Assembly: GCA_964639385.1 (NCBI GenBank)
Contig: CAZXCW010000004.1
Span: forward strand, 1-40,285
Direction: 5' to 3'
Origin: an uncultured Nitrospiraceae bacterium
Lineage (GTDB): Bacteria > Nitrospirota > Thermodesulfovibrionia > Thermodesulfovibrionales > SM23-35
Length of the DNA stretch: 40,285 nt
The notes under the pieces were generated by a model. The model had not been told where the DNA came from and did no database searches. It saw nothing but the letters and a program-made list of their open reading frames with translations. Made by a program: the position numbers and the translations under genes. Position 1 is the stretch's first letter; every line of letters begins with the position of its first letter. Below, piece after piece: positions 25,462-35,114 of this stretch.

Positions 25462-27864
25462 TTACTGGCTGTGCGACCTCCCCTTTATGAACTCCTCTAA
25501 CTTTATCTCTTTAGTGGTTTTGACAAACCTATTGATATAATCAGAAGTTACAACCTTTGCCTCTTGTGGACTTTTCATAACATGGGGCGTAAGAAGGATA
25601 ATCAGTTCATTACGTGTTTTTGTATTTGATGTCTTACCAAAGAGATAACCGAGAATTGGAATCTTGCTGAGAAAGGGGATACCCGATCTTGACTGAGTAG
25701 TATCTTCTCTTATGAGTCCCCCGATAATGATCGTCTGGCCGTCTTGCGAAACAAGGTTTGTTTTCGCTTCTGTTTTTGTTATAGATGAGTACGATTGACT
25801 AGCTATCTGTACTGCTCCCCCAAGGGTCGAAACCTCTTGCGATAGTTCGAGAGAAACAAGGCCGCTTTCATTAATCTGCGGCTTCACCTTGAGTATAATT
25901 CCTATGTCCTTGTACTGAACAGACGTAGTAATAGCGCCTGTTATGACTTCTGCTGTAGAGATTGTTGAGGTCGCAATAGGAATCTGAGAACCAACCTGGA
26001 TACTTGCCTCCCGGTTATCCGCCACAAGGATATGAGGGGTTGCCAGTAACTTGGCTCTGGATTCAGTGACAAGGGCCTGAAGGTAGGCCCTGACAATACC
26101 TGACGGATCCGTACCCACGAATGTGAAACCTGAGCCGCTTAGTACTGGGTTTGTAGATGTTGTAGATGTTGTAGATGTTGTAGGCATGTCGGATGGATTT
26201 TGTCCCATTTCTCCTGTAAGGTTTCCTTTCTGAAAAGGCCAACTGTTAAGCTTTATATGTGTCCTTAAAGACCATGCTACTCCAAGGCTCAAGTCATCTT
26301 CCAGCGTTACCTGAGCTATAAGCCCTTCTATCACTACCTGTCTTGGAACGATATCAATCTTCTTAATTGCCTCGGCTATCTTAATGAAATCTTCAGGTGT
26401 AGCAAGGATTATTATGGAATTTGTCACTTCATCAGCAAATATCCTTGTAACCTCAGAAACGAGAGCCTCTCCTCCGGTTTCGGAGGGAACTAAGGAAGGG
26501 GGCGTCACTGTCCTTCTGCCTGCTGTTGGTGCTTTTGCAGGAGTTGGTGCTGAGGGCTTTGCACCGAGAAATATCTGTTGAAGCATGTTAGCAACATCTT
26601 TTGCCTTACTGTTCTGGACAGGATATACAAACACTTGTGGTCGAGCTGCTCTCAGCTTTTCGCTGTCAAAAATCTCCACCATCTGAAGCAGCCTTTTCAC
26701 ATTGGCATCAGTATCCGCAATTATCAAGAAGCTCGGTGGTACATCAATAATAGATCCGCCCTGTGAGAGCAAAGGAGTGAGTATCTTTATAATCTCCGCT
26801 GAACCAATATATTTAAGCTCCACCACTTGAACAATCGCTACACCTTTTAATTCAACTCCTTCAGGGTCTCTCCCAAAACGTATAGGAGCCGGCTCCTTAG
26901 GAATATCAGTGATAGGTATAATCCTGTATAGGCCCTTTTCTTCAACAACAGCAATACCATTAAGTCTGAGGATAATCTCCATAACAGGAAGAACCTGGTC
27001 TCTCGGGATGGGTGTAGTAGTCCTGAAATTGACTCTGCCTTTTATCTTCGGGTCAACGATGTAATTGACCTTAAGCACCTCGCCGAAGACCGTCTGGATT
27101 ACCTCATATACATCGGCATCATCGAAAAAGAAACTTACATCTGCGGCTGGCTTTTTTTCAGCCTTTGGAGTTTCAGCCTTTGGTGGCACTGGACCAACAG
27201 GAGCTCCTTCTTTAGTCTCGGGGGGCTTTACCTCTGATGGCGGTGTTGGAGCTGGTGGTGTTGGAGGCGCCTGGACCTCAGCTTCTTCATCCCCTTGTGA
27301 CTGCGCAACTAATTTTTTCATCCTCGACGTTATATCACTCTCTTTCATATCTGCTGAGGTAGTACTAAAATCATAGCCGCTTTGTCCTGTATTAAGGGTT
27401 AAGACCTTGGAAAGCACTTGTATTGGTTGTTTTTCTCTCTCTATATCGAACACAAGCCTTGAAGGAGAAGAAAGCCTTGAGAATTTAATCTTGCCCTCTT
27501 TGTTAAGATTAACTTCCAATGACTTATCTGTTAACACTACCTCAAAGGGAAATTCTTTCGGGGCTTTTAGATTGAAGGGCTCCGGGAATTCTATCTTCAC
27601 CTGTGAAGGAAAGGTAGAGACTTTTGTTGCATTTATGAATGATTTTTCAGCCTCAAACACAACCCGCGTAAACCCTTCATGGTTACCTACCCTTAACAAA
27701 ACTTCTGTCTCTTTCTGATTAATCAGAGGAACAATTTTCGAGGACAACTCATTAGGCTCTTGCTTGCCAAATAAAGCTGAATCCTCTCCAGAAATAAGGC
27801 TGACAAGAATTATAAGAAGAAGGAGGAGGAGATACCTTACCCCCTCCCACCTATGGATTTTCAT
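25462..27864 (-). CDS. gspD: Outer-membrane secretin (GspD/PilQ family) with an AMIN-like N-domain and a proline-rich linker
   Basis: The secretin C-domain reads LLATPHILVADNREASIQVGSQIPI...YKDIGIILKVKPQINESGLVSLEL...GGLIRED...SGIPFLSKIPILGYLFG. The AMIN-like segment reads LLRVGNHEGFTRVVFEAEK, and the P-rich linker APPTPPAPTPPSEVKPPETKE. The signal peptide begins at M19 (27864); the ORF track starts at 27918. Confidence 0.85.
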   Translation of the reverse strand: MKIHRWEGVRYLLLLLLIILVSLISGEDSALFGKQEPNELSSKIVPLINQKETEVLLRVGNHEGFTRVVFEAEKSFINATKVSTFPSQVKIEFPEPFNLKAPKEFPFEVVLTDKSLEVNLNKEGKIKFSRLSSPSRLVFDIEREKQPIQVLSKVLTLNTGQSGYDFSTTSADMKESDITSRMKKLVAQSQGDEEAEVQAPPTPPAPTPPSEVKPPETKEGAPVGPVPPKAETPKAEKKPAADVSFFFDDADVYEVIQTVFGEVLKVNYIVDPKIKGRVNFRTTTPIPRDQVLPVMEIILRLNGIAVVEEKGLYRIIPITDIPKEPAPIRFGRDPEGVELKGVAIVQVVELKYIGSAEIIKILTPLLSQGGSIIDVPPSFLIIADTDANVKRLLQMVEIFDSEKLRAARPQVFVYPVQNSKAKDVANMLQQIFLGAKPSAPTPAKAPTAGRRTVTPPSLVPSETGGEALVSEVTRIFADEVTNSIIILATPEDFIKIAEAIKKIDIVPRQVVIEGLIAQVTLEDDLSLGVAWSLRTHIKLNSWPFQKGNLTGEMGQNPSDMPTTSTTSTTSTNPVLSGSGFTFVGTDPSGIVRAYLQALVTESRAKLLATPHILVADNREASIQVGSQIPIATSTISTAEVITGAITTSVQYKDIGIILKVKPQINESGLVSLELSQEVSTLGGAVQIASQSYSSITKTEAKTNLVSQDGQTIIIGGLIREDTTQSRSGIPFLSKIPILGYLFGKTSNTKTRNELIILLTPHVMKSPQEAKVVTSDYINRFVKTTKEIKLEEFIKGRSHSQ
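26152..26184. repeat. 9-bp tandem repeat (tgtagatgt x3 + partial) inside the secretin gene
   Basis: Read directly from the sequence. On the coding (minus) strand it encodes TTSTTSTTSTN. Confidence 0.9.
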
Positions 27865-27955
27865 GGCTGGTTTAAGATAATTTATTTCTCTGCTCATGTC
27901 AATAGAATTGAAGCACATAGACTTGAAGCACTGTAAGTATTTCCAATTTCATGAT

Positions 27956-28072
27956 GGCAGGGATAGTATCTGAGCGGTTTCTTTTGCCGATAGTCCTTAA
28001 GCCTATTTTCAATAATAAAGAGGCAAAAACCTCGGTCTACGACTCGTAGAGAGGTCGATAGACCGAGAATGA
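27956..28072 (+). repeat. MITE-like structured repeat, copy 1 (right end degraded)
   Basis: It shares ggcagg.atagtat(c/t)tgagcggtttcttttgccgatag ... ataaagaggcaaaa(a/g)cctcgg ... ccgagaatga with 33416-33538. Internal stems are cttttgcc/ggcaaaag and ctcggtcta/tagaccgag. Confidence 0.6.
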
Positions 28073-28218
28073 TTTATTGGGAATGTCTTCATTGGTTATA
28101 TCCATAAAAATATTCCAATAACCATCAGTTTAGGGTACACTAAGATATCGAAAAATAAATTTTTTCACAACATCTGCATTATGTAAATGCATTTTTCGGG
28201 TTAATAAATTCAGAACGT

Positions 28219-29694
28219 TTGGAGAGATTTAAAAAATTGGAGATCTATAGTCTAAACATTTCCGAAGCAAGAAATCTGCTCGATACAAAAGAGATATCTG
28301 TTAAAGACTTAATTATATCTATTTATGAAAGAATAGAAGCCGTTGAAGATAAAGTAAAGGCCTTTGTCACCATAACAGAAGAGAAGGCCATGAAGATGGC
28401 TGACGATGCGCAGCGGAAGATAGGAGAAGAAGGGAGGACAAGGTTTCTACTCGGAATTCCTCTTGCCATCAAAGGCAACATCTGTACAAAAGGAATTCCC
28501 ACAACCTGTTCATCAAAAATACTATCTAATTTCGTACCTCCCTATGAAAGTACTGTTACGTCAAGACTGATAGAACAAGGATATATACTTACCGGAAAGA
28601 CAAACATGGACGAATTTGCAATGGGTTCATCAACAGAGAACTCATGCCTTTGTCCCACAAGAAATCCCTGGGACCTGGAAAAAATACCAGGTGGATCAAG
28701 CGGTGGCTCTGCAGCAGCCGTCTCTTCAGATGAATGCATTGCAGCATTAGGCTCTGACACAGGGGGCTCAATAAGGCAACCAGCCGCTTTATGTGGAGTC
28801 GTCGGACTAAAGCCAACTTATGGTAGGGTATCAAGATATGGTCTCGTCGCCTTTGCATCATCCCTTGACCAGATAGGACCTCTCACAAAAGACGTGAGAG
28901 ATGCAGCAATATTATTGAATATTATCTCAGGCCATGATCCCCTCGACTCTACTTCAGCCCCTCTGTCTGTACCCGACTTCACAGCCGTTCTCGGTCAGGA
29001 TATTAAAGGAATAAAATTAGGTGTTCCAAAAGAATATTTCATTAAAGGTATGGAAAATGAAGTCGAAGTCCTTGTTAAAGAGGCAATCAAGAAACTCGAA
29101 TCCCTGGGTGCTATCCCTGTTGAGGTAACCCTACCACATACCGACTACGCCATTGCAACATATTATATTCTTGCAACATCTGAGGCTTCTTCTAACCTTG
29201 CACGATATGACGGAGTAAAATATGGCTTCAGGGCAGAGGGTAAAGACTTAATGGATATGTATACTAATACAAGGGCTCAGGGATTTGGTGCAGAAGTCAA
29301 GAGAAGAATTATGCTCGGCACATATGCCCTCTCGTCAGGATATTACGAGGCATATTATAAGAAGGCTCAACAGGTAAGGACACTTATAAAACAGGATTTT
29401 GAAAAGGCATTCAAGGTAGTAGATGCCATTGTTACACCTACGTCCCCTACCGCAGCATTTAAATTAGGAGAGAAGATTGCTGACCCTCTCCAGATGTATC
29501 TGTCTGACATATTTACAATTTCTGTTAACCTTGCTGGAGTACCTGGGATTTCCGTACCCTGTGGATTTACATCAAATAATCTACCTGTTGGGCTACAACT
29601 TATCGGAAGGCATTTTGATGAAGAATCTATCTTAAAGCTCGCATATGCCTACGAGCAGGCAACAGAGTGGCACAAGAAGAGGCCCAATTTATGA
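28219..29694 (+). CDS. gatA: Glu-tRNA(Gln)/Asp-tRNA(Asn) amidotransferase subunit A
   Basis: The amidase signature is [12 protein letters not shown]...[13 protein letters not shown]. GatA-typical N- and C-terminal blocks are present. The start is TTG, and an internal TTG 6 codons later is also possible. Confidence 0.95.
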   Translation: MERFKKLEIYSLNISEARNLLDTKEISVKDLIISIYERIEAVEDKVKAFVTITEEKAMKMADDAQRKIGEEGRTRFLLGIPLAIKGNICTKGIPTTCSSKILSNFVPPYESTVTSRLIEQGYILTGKTNMDEFAMGSSTENSCLCPTRNPWDLEKIPGGSSGGSAAAVSSDECIAALGSDTGGSIRQPAALCGVVGLKPTYGRVSRYGLVAFASSLDQIGPLTKDVRDAAILLNIISGHDPLDSTSAPLSVPDFTAVLGQDIKGIKLGVPKEYFIKGMENEVEVLVKEAIKKLESLGAIPVEVTLPHTDYAIATYYILATSEASSNLARYDGVKYGFRAEGKDLMDMYTNTRAQGFGAEVKRRIMLGTYALSSGYYEAYYKKAQQVRTLIKQDFEKAFKVVDAIVTPTSPTAAFKLGEKIADPLQMYLSDIFTISVNLAGVPGISVPCGFTSNNLPVGLQLIGRHFDEESILKLAYAYEQATEWHKKRPNL

Positions 29695-31163
29695 AATATG
29701 AGGCTGTTATCGGTCTTGAAGTCCACGCCCAGATGCTTTCAGAAACAAAAATATTCTGTAGTTGTTCTACAAAATTCGGTTCAGATCCAAATACCCAGAC
29801 GTGCCCTGTATGTATTGGAATGCCTGGAGTACTTCCCGTATTGAATAAGAGGGCCATTGAGCTTGCTATAAAGACAGGCATTGCAATGAACTGTAATATC
29901 TCTCCCTATAGCCGCTTTGCAAGGAAGAATTACTTTTACCCGGACCTTCCAAAGGGATACCAGATCAGTCAGTATGAACTTCCGATATGTGAGCATGGAT
30001 ACATAGAGATCATTGCTAACGGAGAAATAAAAAAGATTGATATTACGAGAATCCATATGGAAGAGGATGCAGGTAAGAGCATACATGGAGAGGATGGAAA
30101 TTACAGTTTTGTAGATTTAAACAGGGCAGGTGTTCCACTTATGGAAATCGTCTCCGAGCCGGATATCAGAAGTCCCGGGCAAGCTGTGGAGTACATGAAA
30201 AAACTGAGGACTATCCTGCGATATCTTGGGGCCTGCGATGGGAATATGGAACAGGGATCCCTGAGGTGTGATGCCAATGTATCTGTAAGGCCCATCGGGC
30301 AAAAAGAATATGGGACAAGGACAGAGGTGAAGAATATCAATTCATTCAGGTTTGTTGAAAAGGCGCTTGATTATGAGATAAGGCGACAGACAAAGGTCTT
30401 GGAAGATGGTGGAAAGATTGTTCAGGAGACAAGGTTATGGAACTCAGAGAGAGGGATAACAGAATCCATGAGAACAAAGGAAGAGGCTCATGACTACAGA
30501 TATTTCCCTGAACCAGACCTTGTACCCATAATCGTTGAACAGAAATGGATTGTTGAAATAAAGGAATCCCTTCCTGAATTACCTGATATAAAAAGAGAGC
30601 GGTTTGTCTCTGAATACGCACTTCCCGAACACGATGCAGGTTTTCTCACATCTGAAAGACCACTTGCTGATTGGTTTGAGGAAGCAGTTAAGCTCGGCGG
30701 GCAACCAAAGATTGTCGCAAACTGGATACAGGGCGACTTGATGAAATTATTAAATGCAGAAAATAAATCAATAGAAGAAAGTCCCTTGAAACCAAAACAA
30801 CTTGTTGGCATGTTGAAACTCATAGAGAATGGAACAATCAGCGGGAAGATTGCAAAAACTGTCTTTGAGGAAATGTATAGAACAGGAGCTGAAACTATTA
30901 GTGTAGGCGATTCATCTCTTCCCAGTTTAGAAGGTATTGCTGAAGCCATTGTAAAAGAGAAAGGGCTTGAACAAATAAGCGATGAGGCTATAATTGATAA
31001 CGCTATTAGTGATATCATTGCCAAACATCCAAAAGAAGTTGAAAGATTCAAATCGGGAGAGGAAAAGCTCATCGGTTTCTTCATAGGCCAGGTGATGAAA
31101 TTGACTGAAGGCAAAGCAAACCCTCAGATGGTAAATGAGCTATTGAAAAAGAAACTAACATAG
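29691..31163 (+). CDS. gatB: Glu-tRNA(Gln)/Asp-tRNA(Asn) amidotransferase subunit B
   Basis: [14 protein letters not shown]..., [40 protein letters not shown], and a C-terminal GatB/YqeY domain. ATG 29691 overlaps the gatA stop (ATGA). The ORF track starts earlier, at 29667. Confidence 0.95.
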   Translation: MKYEAVIGLEVHAQMLSETKIFCSCSTKFGSDPNTQTCPVCIGMPGVLPVLNKRAIELAIKTGIAMNCNISPYSRFARKNYFYPDLPKGYQISQYELPICEHGYIEIIANGEIKKIDITRIHMEEDAGKSIHGEDGNYSFVDLNRAGVPLMEIVSEPDIRSPGQAVEYMKKLRTILRYLGACDGNMEQGSLRCDANVSVRPIGQKEYGTRTEVKNINSFRFVEKALDYEIRRQTKVLEDGGKIVQETRLWNSERGITESMRTKEEAHDYRYFPEPDLVPIIVEQKWIVEIKESLPELPDIKRERFVSEYALPEHDAGFLTSERPLADWFEEAVKLGGQPKIVANWIQGDLMKLLNAENKSIEESPLKPKQLVGMLKLIENGTISGKIAKTVFEEMYRTGAETISVGDSSLPSLEGIAEAIVKEKGLEQISDEAIIDNAISDIIAKHPKEVERFKSGEEKLIGFFIGQVMKLTEGKANPQMVNELLKKKLT

Positions 31164-31354
31164 GTAAACCTCTTTTGTACCACGCTTGAAAAGTCTTTAA
31201 CACGGGATAGTGAATAGAAGAGATACCTCCTTTACTCCACATCTTAAGTACAGAATCCAACCTTGATTTTACTCCTACCTTTTCATTAATCTAATCTTAA
31301 TCAGATAAAATCCGTCGTCTTTTATATGTAGGACTAAGACATTAACGAGATTAT

Positions 31355-31448
31355 GGAGAGATGTCCGAGAGGCTGAAGGAGCACGACTGGAAATCGTGTG
31401 TGGGGGATAAAAACCTCACCGAGGGTTCAAATCCCTCTCTCTCCGCCA
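31355..31448 (+). tRNA. tRNA-Ser (anticodon GGA), type II with a long variable arm, CCA encoded
   Basis: Folded by hand. The acceptor is ggagaga/tctctcc. The anticodon stem is cacga/tcgtg with loop cuGGAaa. The variable arm is 6 bp (gtgggg/cctcac). The T-arm is gaggg-ttcaaat-ccctc. The discriminator is g, followed by cca. Confidence 0.85.
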
Positions 31449-31543
31449 TCCGCCTAAGGCGGAAGACAGTTAATAATTATCAGTGAAAGTAGTGAGTACA
31501 AAATTTTATTTTCGGCTGAATAGTAGCTACTATTCACTGTTTT

Positions 31544-31654
31544 TGCAGCCAGGGAAGGGCACTATGCAGCAGGGAGATGTGAATCCCGTCAGGTCTGGAA
31601 GGAAGCAGCGGTAAGCATTCTATCTGTGTGACATAGCACGTCTTTCCCTGGCTA
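31544..31654 (+). ncRNA. ffs: Small (4.5S-type) signal recognition particle RNA
   Basis: The domain IV core gtcaggtctggaaggaagcagcgg matches the conserved GUCAGGUCCGGAAGGAAGCAGC with its GGAA tetraloop. The closing helix is ccagggaag/ctttccctgg. It lies immediately upstream of dnaX, a common arrangement. Confidence 0.8.
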
Positions 31655-31690
31655 TAAAAACAAATACATTTTTCACCTAACGTAGAGGAA

Positions 31691-33376
31691 ATGAGTTATT
31701 TAGTACTGGCAAGAAAATGGAGGCCCCAAAGGTTCGATGACCTTATAGGCCAGGAACCAATAACCCGTATTCTTAAAAATTCGATAAACCAGGGAAAGAT
31801 TGCACACGCCTATCTCTTTTCTGGCCCGAGGGGTGTAGGTAAAACATCAACAGCAAGGATACTCGCAAAGGCACTAAACTGTGAAGATGGACCAACATCT
31901 AATCCTTGTGATAAGTGTCCGTCATGCACATCAATAACAGACAGCTCTTCTATTGATGTGATGGAAATAGATGGTGCATCAAACAACAGCGTCAATGATA
32001 TAAGAGACCTGAGAGAAAGGGTAAAATATGCTCCTTCAGGCGGAAGATACAAGGTCTATATCATAGACGAATCTCATATGCTCTCGGATGCTGCATTTAA
32101 TGCGCTACTGAAAACCCTTGAAGAACCACCTCCCCATGTGGTTTTTGTCCTTGCCACAACAGCCCCGAAGAAGATTCCGCCTACTGTGCTTTCCCGTTGT
32201 CAACATCTTCCCTTCAGGAGAATACCCAGTCAGAAGATAAAGGAAAGACTTAAGCAGATTTCTCATGCCGAGGGTATAGATATATCTGGCCCTGCGCTGG
32301 AATTGATTGCGAGGGCTGCTGATGGAAGCCTTCGAGACTCGCTCACAATCCTTGATCAGCTTTCAGCCTTCTCATCTGATATAAAGGACTCTGACATTAA
32401 AGACCTTCTAGGGATAACAGATTTTGGCCTCCTTTCCCAGACCTCAACTGCACTTATTGAAGGAAAGAGAGAGGAACTGTTGAAGATTATTGAGGAACTT
32501 GCTGAAAGAGGCACCGATATCAAATCCTTTGCAAAAGAACTCGTTAGGTTCTTCAGGGATCTATTGGTTGCAAGTGTCATAAAAAAGCCAGAGGAGGTAC
32601 TCGATTTAGGTAAAGAAGAGATGGAGGTGATAAAAAATATCGTAAGCAGTGTATCTGAAGACCAACTCACCGTTCTGCTCTCAGAGGTAATGAAGGCAGA
32701 GATAGATGTTAGAAATGCGTCATCACCACGACTCGCTCTTGAGATGTCTCTTATTAAGGCCAGCTTCTTGAGCAGCATAAGGCCACTAAAAGAAATACTG
32801 AAAAATATAGAAGCTTATACAAATATTTCATTGCCTGAAATAAAAAAATCCGCACCTCTTGAACTCAAAGCAAAGCAACATGTATGTCATGCTGATTCGC
32901 CTCAAGCGGACGTTTCAGCATCTGATGAAACCCCTAAACTCGATGCGAGTCTTTGCGAGGAGTCGCTCCGACAGGTTCAGGATGACAAAAAGGGAGTACC
33001 ACCTGAACTCGAAGCTGAGAATTTCTGGGAAAAGGCTATAAAAAGGATGGATACACCCCTTGCCTCTAAGCTATCAAGGGCGGAGTTTAAACTTGACGGA
33101 GATGATCTAATGATTATCCTGAATGGCGGCGATTCACTCTTTGCTGACTCTCTTGTAAAAAATTTGGAGATGATAGAAAGGATTTTTTCAGAAGAAATCG
33201 GTAAAGAAATCAAGGTCAAGATAGAGACAAAAAAAGAAAAGAGAATAAGTAAAAAAGACCTGAAGGAAAAGGTAATGGCAGAACCAATCATTAAAGAGGC
33301 CATTGAACTCTTTGAGGGAAGAATTGCAGACATAATTCCAAAAACAAAAAACAGAATACAGGATACAAAGGCGTGA
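31691..33376 (+). CDS. dnaX: DNA polymerase III subunit gamma/tau
   Basis: LARKWRPQRFDDLIGQE, Walker A GPRGVGKTS, zinc module CDKCPSC, Walker B YIIDESHML, SRC motif LSRCQ. Confidence 0.9.
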   Translation: MSYLVLARKWRPQRFDDLIGQEPITRILKNSINQGKIAHAYLFSGPRGVGKTSTARILAKALNCEDGPTSNPCDKCPSCTSITDSSSIDVMEIDGASNNSVNDIRDLRERVKYAPSGGRYKVYIIDESHMLSDAAFNALLKTLEEPPPHVVFVLATTAPKKIPPTVLSRCQHLPFRRIPSQKIKERLKQISHAEGIDISGPALELIARAADGSLRDSLTILDQLSAFSSDIKDSDIKDLLGITDFGLLSQTSTALIEGKREELLKIIEELAERGTDIKSFAKELVRFFRDLLVASVIKKPEEVLDLGKEEMEVIKNIVSSVSEDQLTVLLSEVMKAEIDVRNASSPRLALEMSLIKASFLSSIRPLKEILKNIEAYTNISLPEIKKSAPLELKAKQHVCHADSPQADVSASDETPKLDASLCEESLRQVQDDKKGVPPELEAENFWEKAIKRMDTPLASKLSRAEFKLDGDDLMIILNGGDSLFADSLVKNLEMIERIFSEEIGKEIKVKIETKKEKRISKKDLKEKVMAEPIIKEAIELFEGRIADIIPKTKNRIQDTKA

Positions 33377-33415
33377 TATTTTCCATTCAAAATATTCACA
33401 ATCTATGGTTTGACG

Positions 33416-33538
33416 GGCAGGTTATAGTATTTGAGCGGTTTCTTTTGCCGATAGACAAATGAGGATATTCTTATTATAAAGAGGCAAAAGCCTCGGAGGG
33501 CGACAGCCCGAGAATGAGCGAGAATACTATGTCCTGCC
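33416..33538 (+). repeat. MITE-like structured repeat, copy 2 (intact terminal inverted repeats)
   Basis: The TIRs are ggcaggttatagtatt and aatactatgtcctgcc (14/16 complementary). Internal stems are cttttgcc/ggcaaaag and ctcgg/ccgag. It lies in the dnaX-ybaB spacer. Confidence 0.65.
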
Positions 33539-33602
33539 TATGCTCGTGATGAGGTTAAGACTAATATTCTTAGCTATATATATTTAATGGAGGGAGGGTA
33601 AA

Positions 33603-33944
33603 ATGTCGAAAAAGATCTTTGGAAACATAATGCGTGAGGCCCAGAAGCTTCAGGCCGAGATGGCAAGAATGCAGGAAGAGGCAAAAACAAAGACTGTTGA
33701 GGCGACAGCAGGAGGCGGTATGGTTACCGCCATTGCAAACGGTGCAGGTGAACTCGTATCTTTAAAGATAGAGAAAGAGGTTGTGAACCCTGATGACATT
33801 GAAATGCTCCAGGACCTCATTATTGCAGCAGCAAATGAGGCATTACGCCGCGCACACGAGATGGTAAGCAGCGAAATGTCAAAACTGACAGGAGGATTAC
33901 AGCTTCCTGGACTGGGAGGGCTGGGGAATATCTTTGGGAAATGA
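33603..33944 (+). CDS. ybaB: Nucleoid-associated protein YbaB/EbfC
   Basis: NIMREAQKLQAEMARMQEE...VEATAGGGMVTAIANGAGELVSLKIEKEVVNPDDIEMLQDLIIAAANEAL. It sits in the canonical dnaX-ybaB-recR context. Confidence 0.9.
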   Translation: MSKKIFGNIMREAQKLQAEMARMQEEAKTKTVEATAGGGMVTAIANGAGELVSLKIEKEVVNPDDIEMLQDLIIAAANEALRRAHEMVSSEMSKLTGGLQLPGLGGLGNIFGK

Positions 33945-34534
33945 CACGGGGCATTATTGAGAATCTTATAGCAGAACTGACAAAGCTTCCCGGCATAGGC
34001 AGGAAGACTGCACAGAGACTTGCATTTTTTATACTCTCGATGCCCGAAGAGGATGCAAAAGGTATCTCAAAGGCGATAAATGAAGTAAAGGATAAAGCAA
34101 GGTTCTGTAGTGAGTGTTTCAATATCACAGAGGCTGAGATTTGCAGCATATGTAGTAATAATTCACGGGATAGAAAGAAACTCTGTGTCGTGGAGGAACC
34201 GAGCAATATTCTTGTTATTGAGAAAACAGGTAGCTATAAAGGGCTTTATCATGTCCTCCTCGGCGCCCTCTCTCCAATAGATAGCATGACCCCCGATAAG
34301 CTTAAAATCAATGAACTTATGAAAAGAATAAAAAAAGATGAAATAAAAGAGATTATTCTCGCAACAAATCCTAACACCAAAGGTGAGATGACCGCCCAGT
34401 ATATTAGAGAACTACTGAAACCTTTTGATGTTAAAGTCACGCGGATTGCCTATGGCCTGCCAATGGGTGGAGATATCGAGTTCGCAGACGAGGTTACGCT
34501 CGGAAAAGCCCTCGAGGGAAGAAGAGAGATGTAG
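33941..34534 (+). CDS. recR: Recombination protein RecR
   Basis: The helix-hairpin-helix reads LTKLPGIGRKTAQRLAF and the zinc finger CSECFNITEAEICSIC. A Toprim domain is present (LCVVEEPSNILVIEKTGSYKGLYHVL). The start overlaps the ybaB stop (ATGA). Confidence 0.95.
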   Translation: MTRGIIENLIAELTKLPGIGRKTAQRLAFFILSMPEEDAKGISKAINEVKDKARFCSECFNITEAEICSICSNNSRDRKKLCVVEEPSNILVIEKTGSYKGLYHVLLGALSPIDSMTPDKLKINELMKRIKKDEIKEIILATNPNTKGEMTAQYIRELLKPFDVKVTRIAYGLPMGGDIEFADEVTLGKALEGRREM

Positions 34535-34653
34535 CCTCTTCCCCAATCCTCCCAACTGACAATGAACTAACTTTTTATTTATAATCCTCAATCTTAAGTT
34601 CTCTTAAAGAAGTCTTTTGCCTTTCCACCATCATGTAATTTTGTATGAGATAG

Positions 34654-34682
34654 TTGAATATGAACTTTTTTTGCCATATAAT
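34654..34682 (+). promoter_or_regulatory. Near-consensus sigma70 promoter upstream of the 100-aa secreted-protein gene
   Basis: TTGAAT (34654-34659), a 17-nt spacer, then TATAAT (34677-34682). It lies ~38 nt upstream of ATG 34721, which has a GAGGAGG SD. Confidence 0.45.
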
Positions 34683-34720
34683 TAAGCTTAAAAGTAATAT
34701 ACTACTGAGGAGGCATAACA

Positions 34721-35023
34721 ATGAAGAAAATGATTATTATATTTTTAACCATCGCAGTTATCCTTACCTCAACCCCGGTATTTGCTGCTGATGAGGACGG
34801 ATTCATTATCGTAATGGATACAGTAATAGCCAGACCATTTGGTCTTGCTTCCCTTGCAATCGGTTCTGCTTTCTTTGTTGTTACTTTTCCGTTTGCGGCT
34901 ATAAGTAAGAGTACCAAGAAAACTGCTGATACCCTCGTTGGAGCACCGTTCAGGTTTACCTTTACCCGACCTCTCGGTGATTTCAGCGATTCCTATATGT
35001 ATAATCATAAAAAGGAAAGTTAA
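34721..35023 (+). CDS. Small exported/membrane protein of unknown function
   Basis: The signal peptide is MKKMIIIFLTIAVILTSTPVFA|ADE. A second hydrophobic stretch follows (FGLASLAIGSAFFVVTFPFAAI). Confidence 0.5.
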   Translation: MKKMIIIFLTIAVILTSTPVFAADEDGFIIVMDTVIARPFGLASLAIGSAFFVVTFPFAAISKSTKKTADTLVGAPFRFTFTRPLGDFSDSYMYNHKKES

Positions 35024-35114
35024 CTCCAGCAACCGGGAAATGATTCCTGAATTGAGGAGAAGAGGAAACCTCAGAATTCAGAATTGAGAGAAGGCATCTC
35101 CGAGCCAAAAAATA

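Noticed and set aside
32581-32587. An A_AAA_AAG slippery heptamer in the zero frame of dnaX, identical to the E. coli gamma-subunit frameshift site.
   Set aside because: It lies at codons 297-299, inside clamp-loader domain III, so a -1 product (stop after ~9 codons) would lack the oligomerisation domain. There is no upstream SD-like stimulator or obvious downstream hairpin. It is probably coincidental in an A-rich gene.
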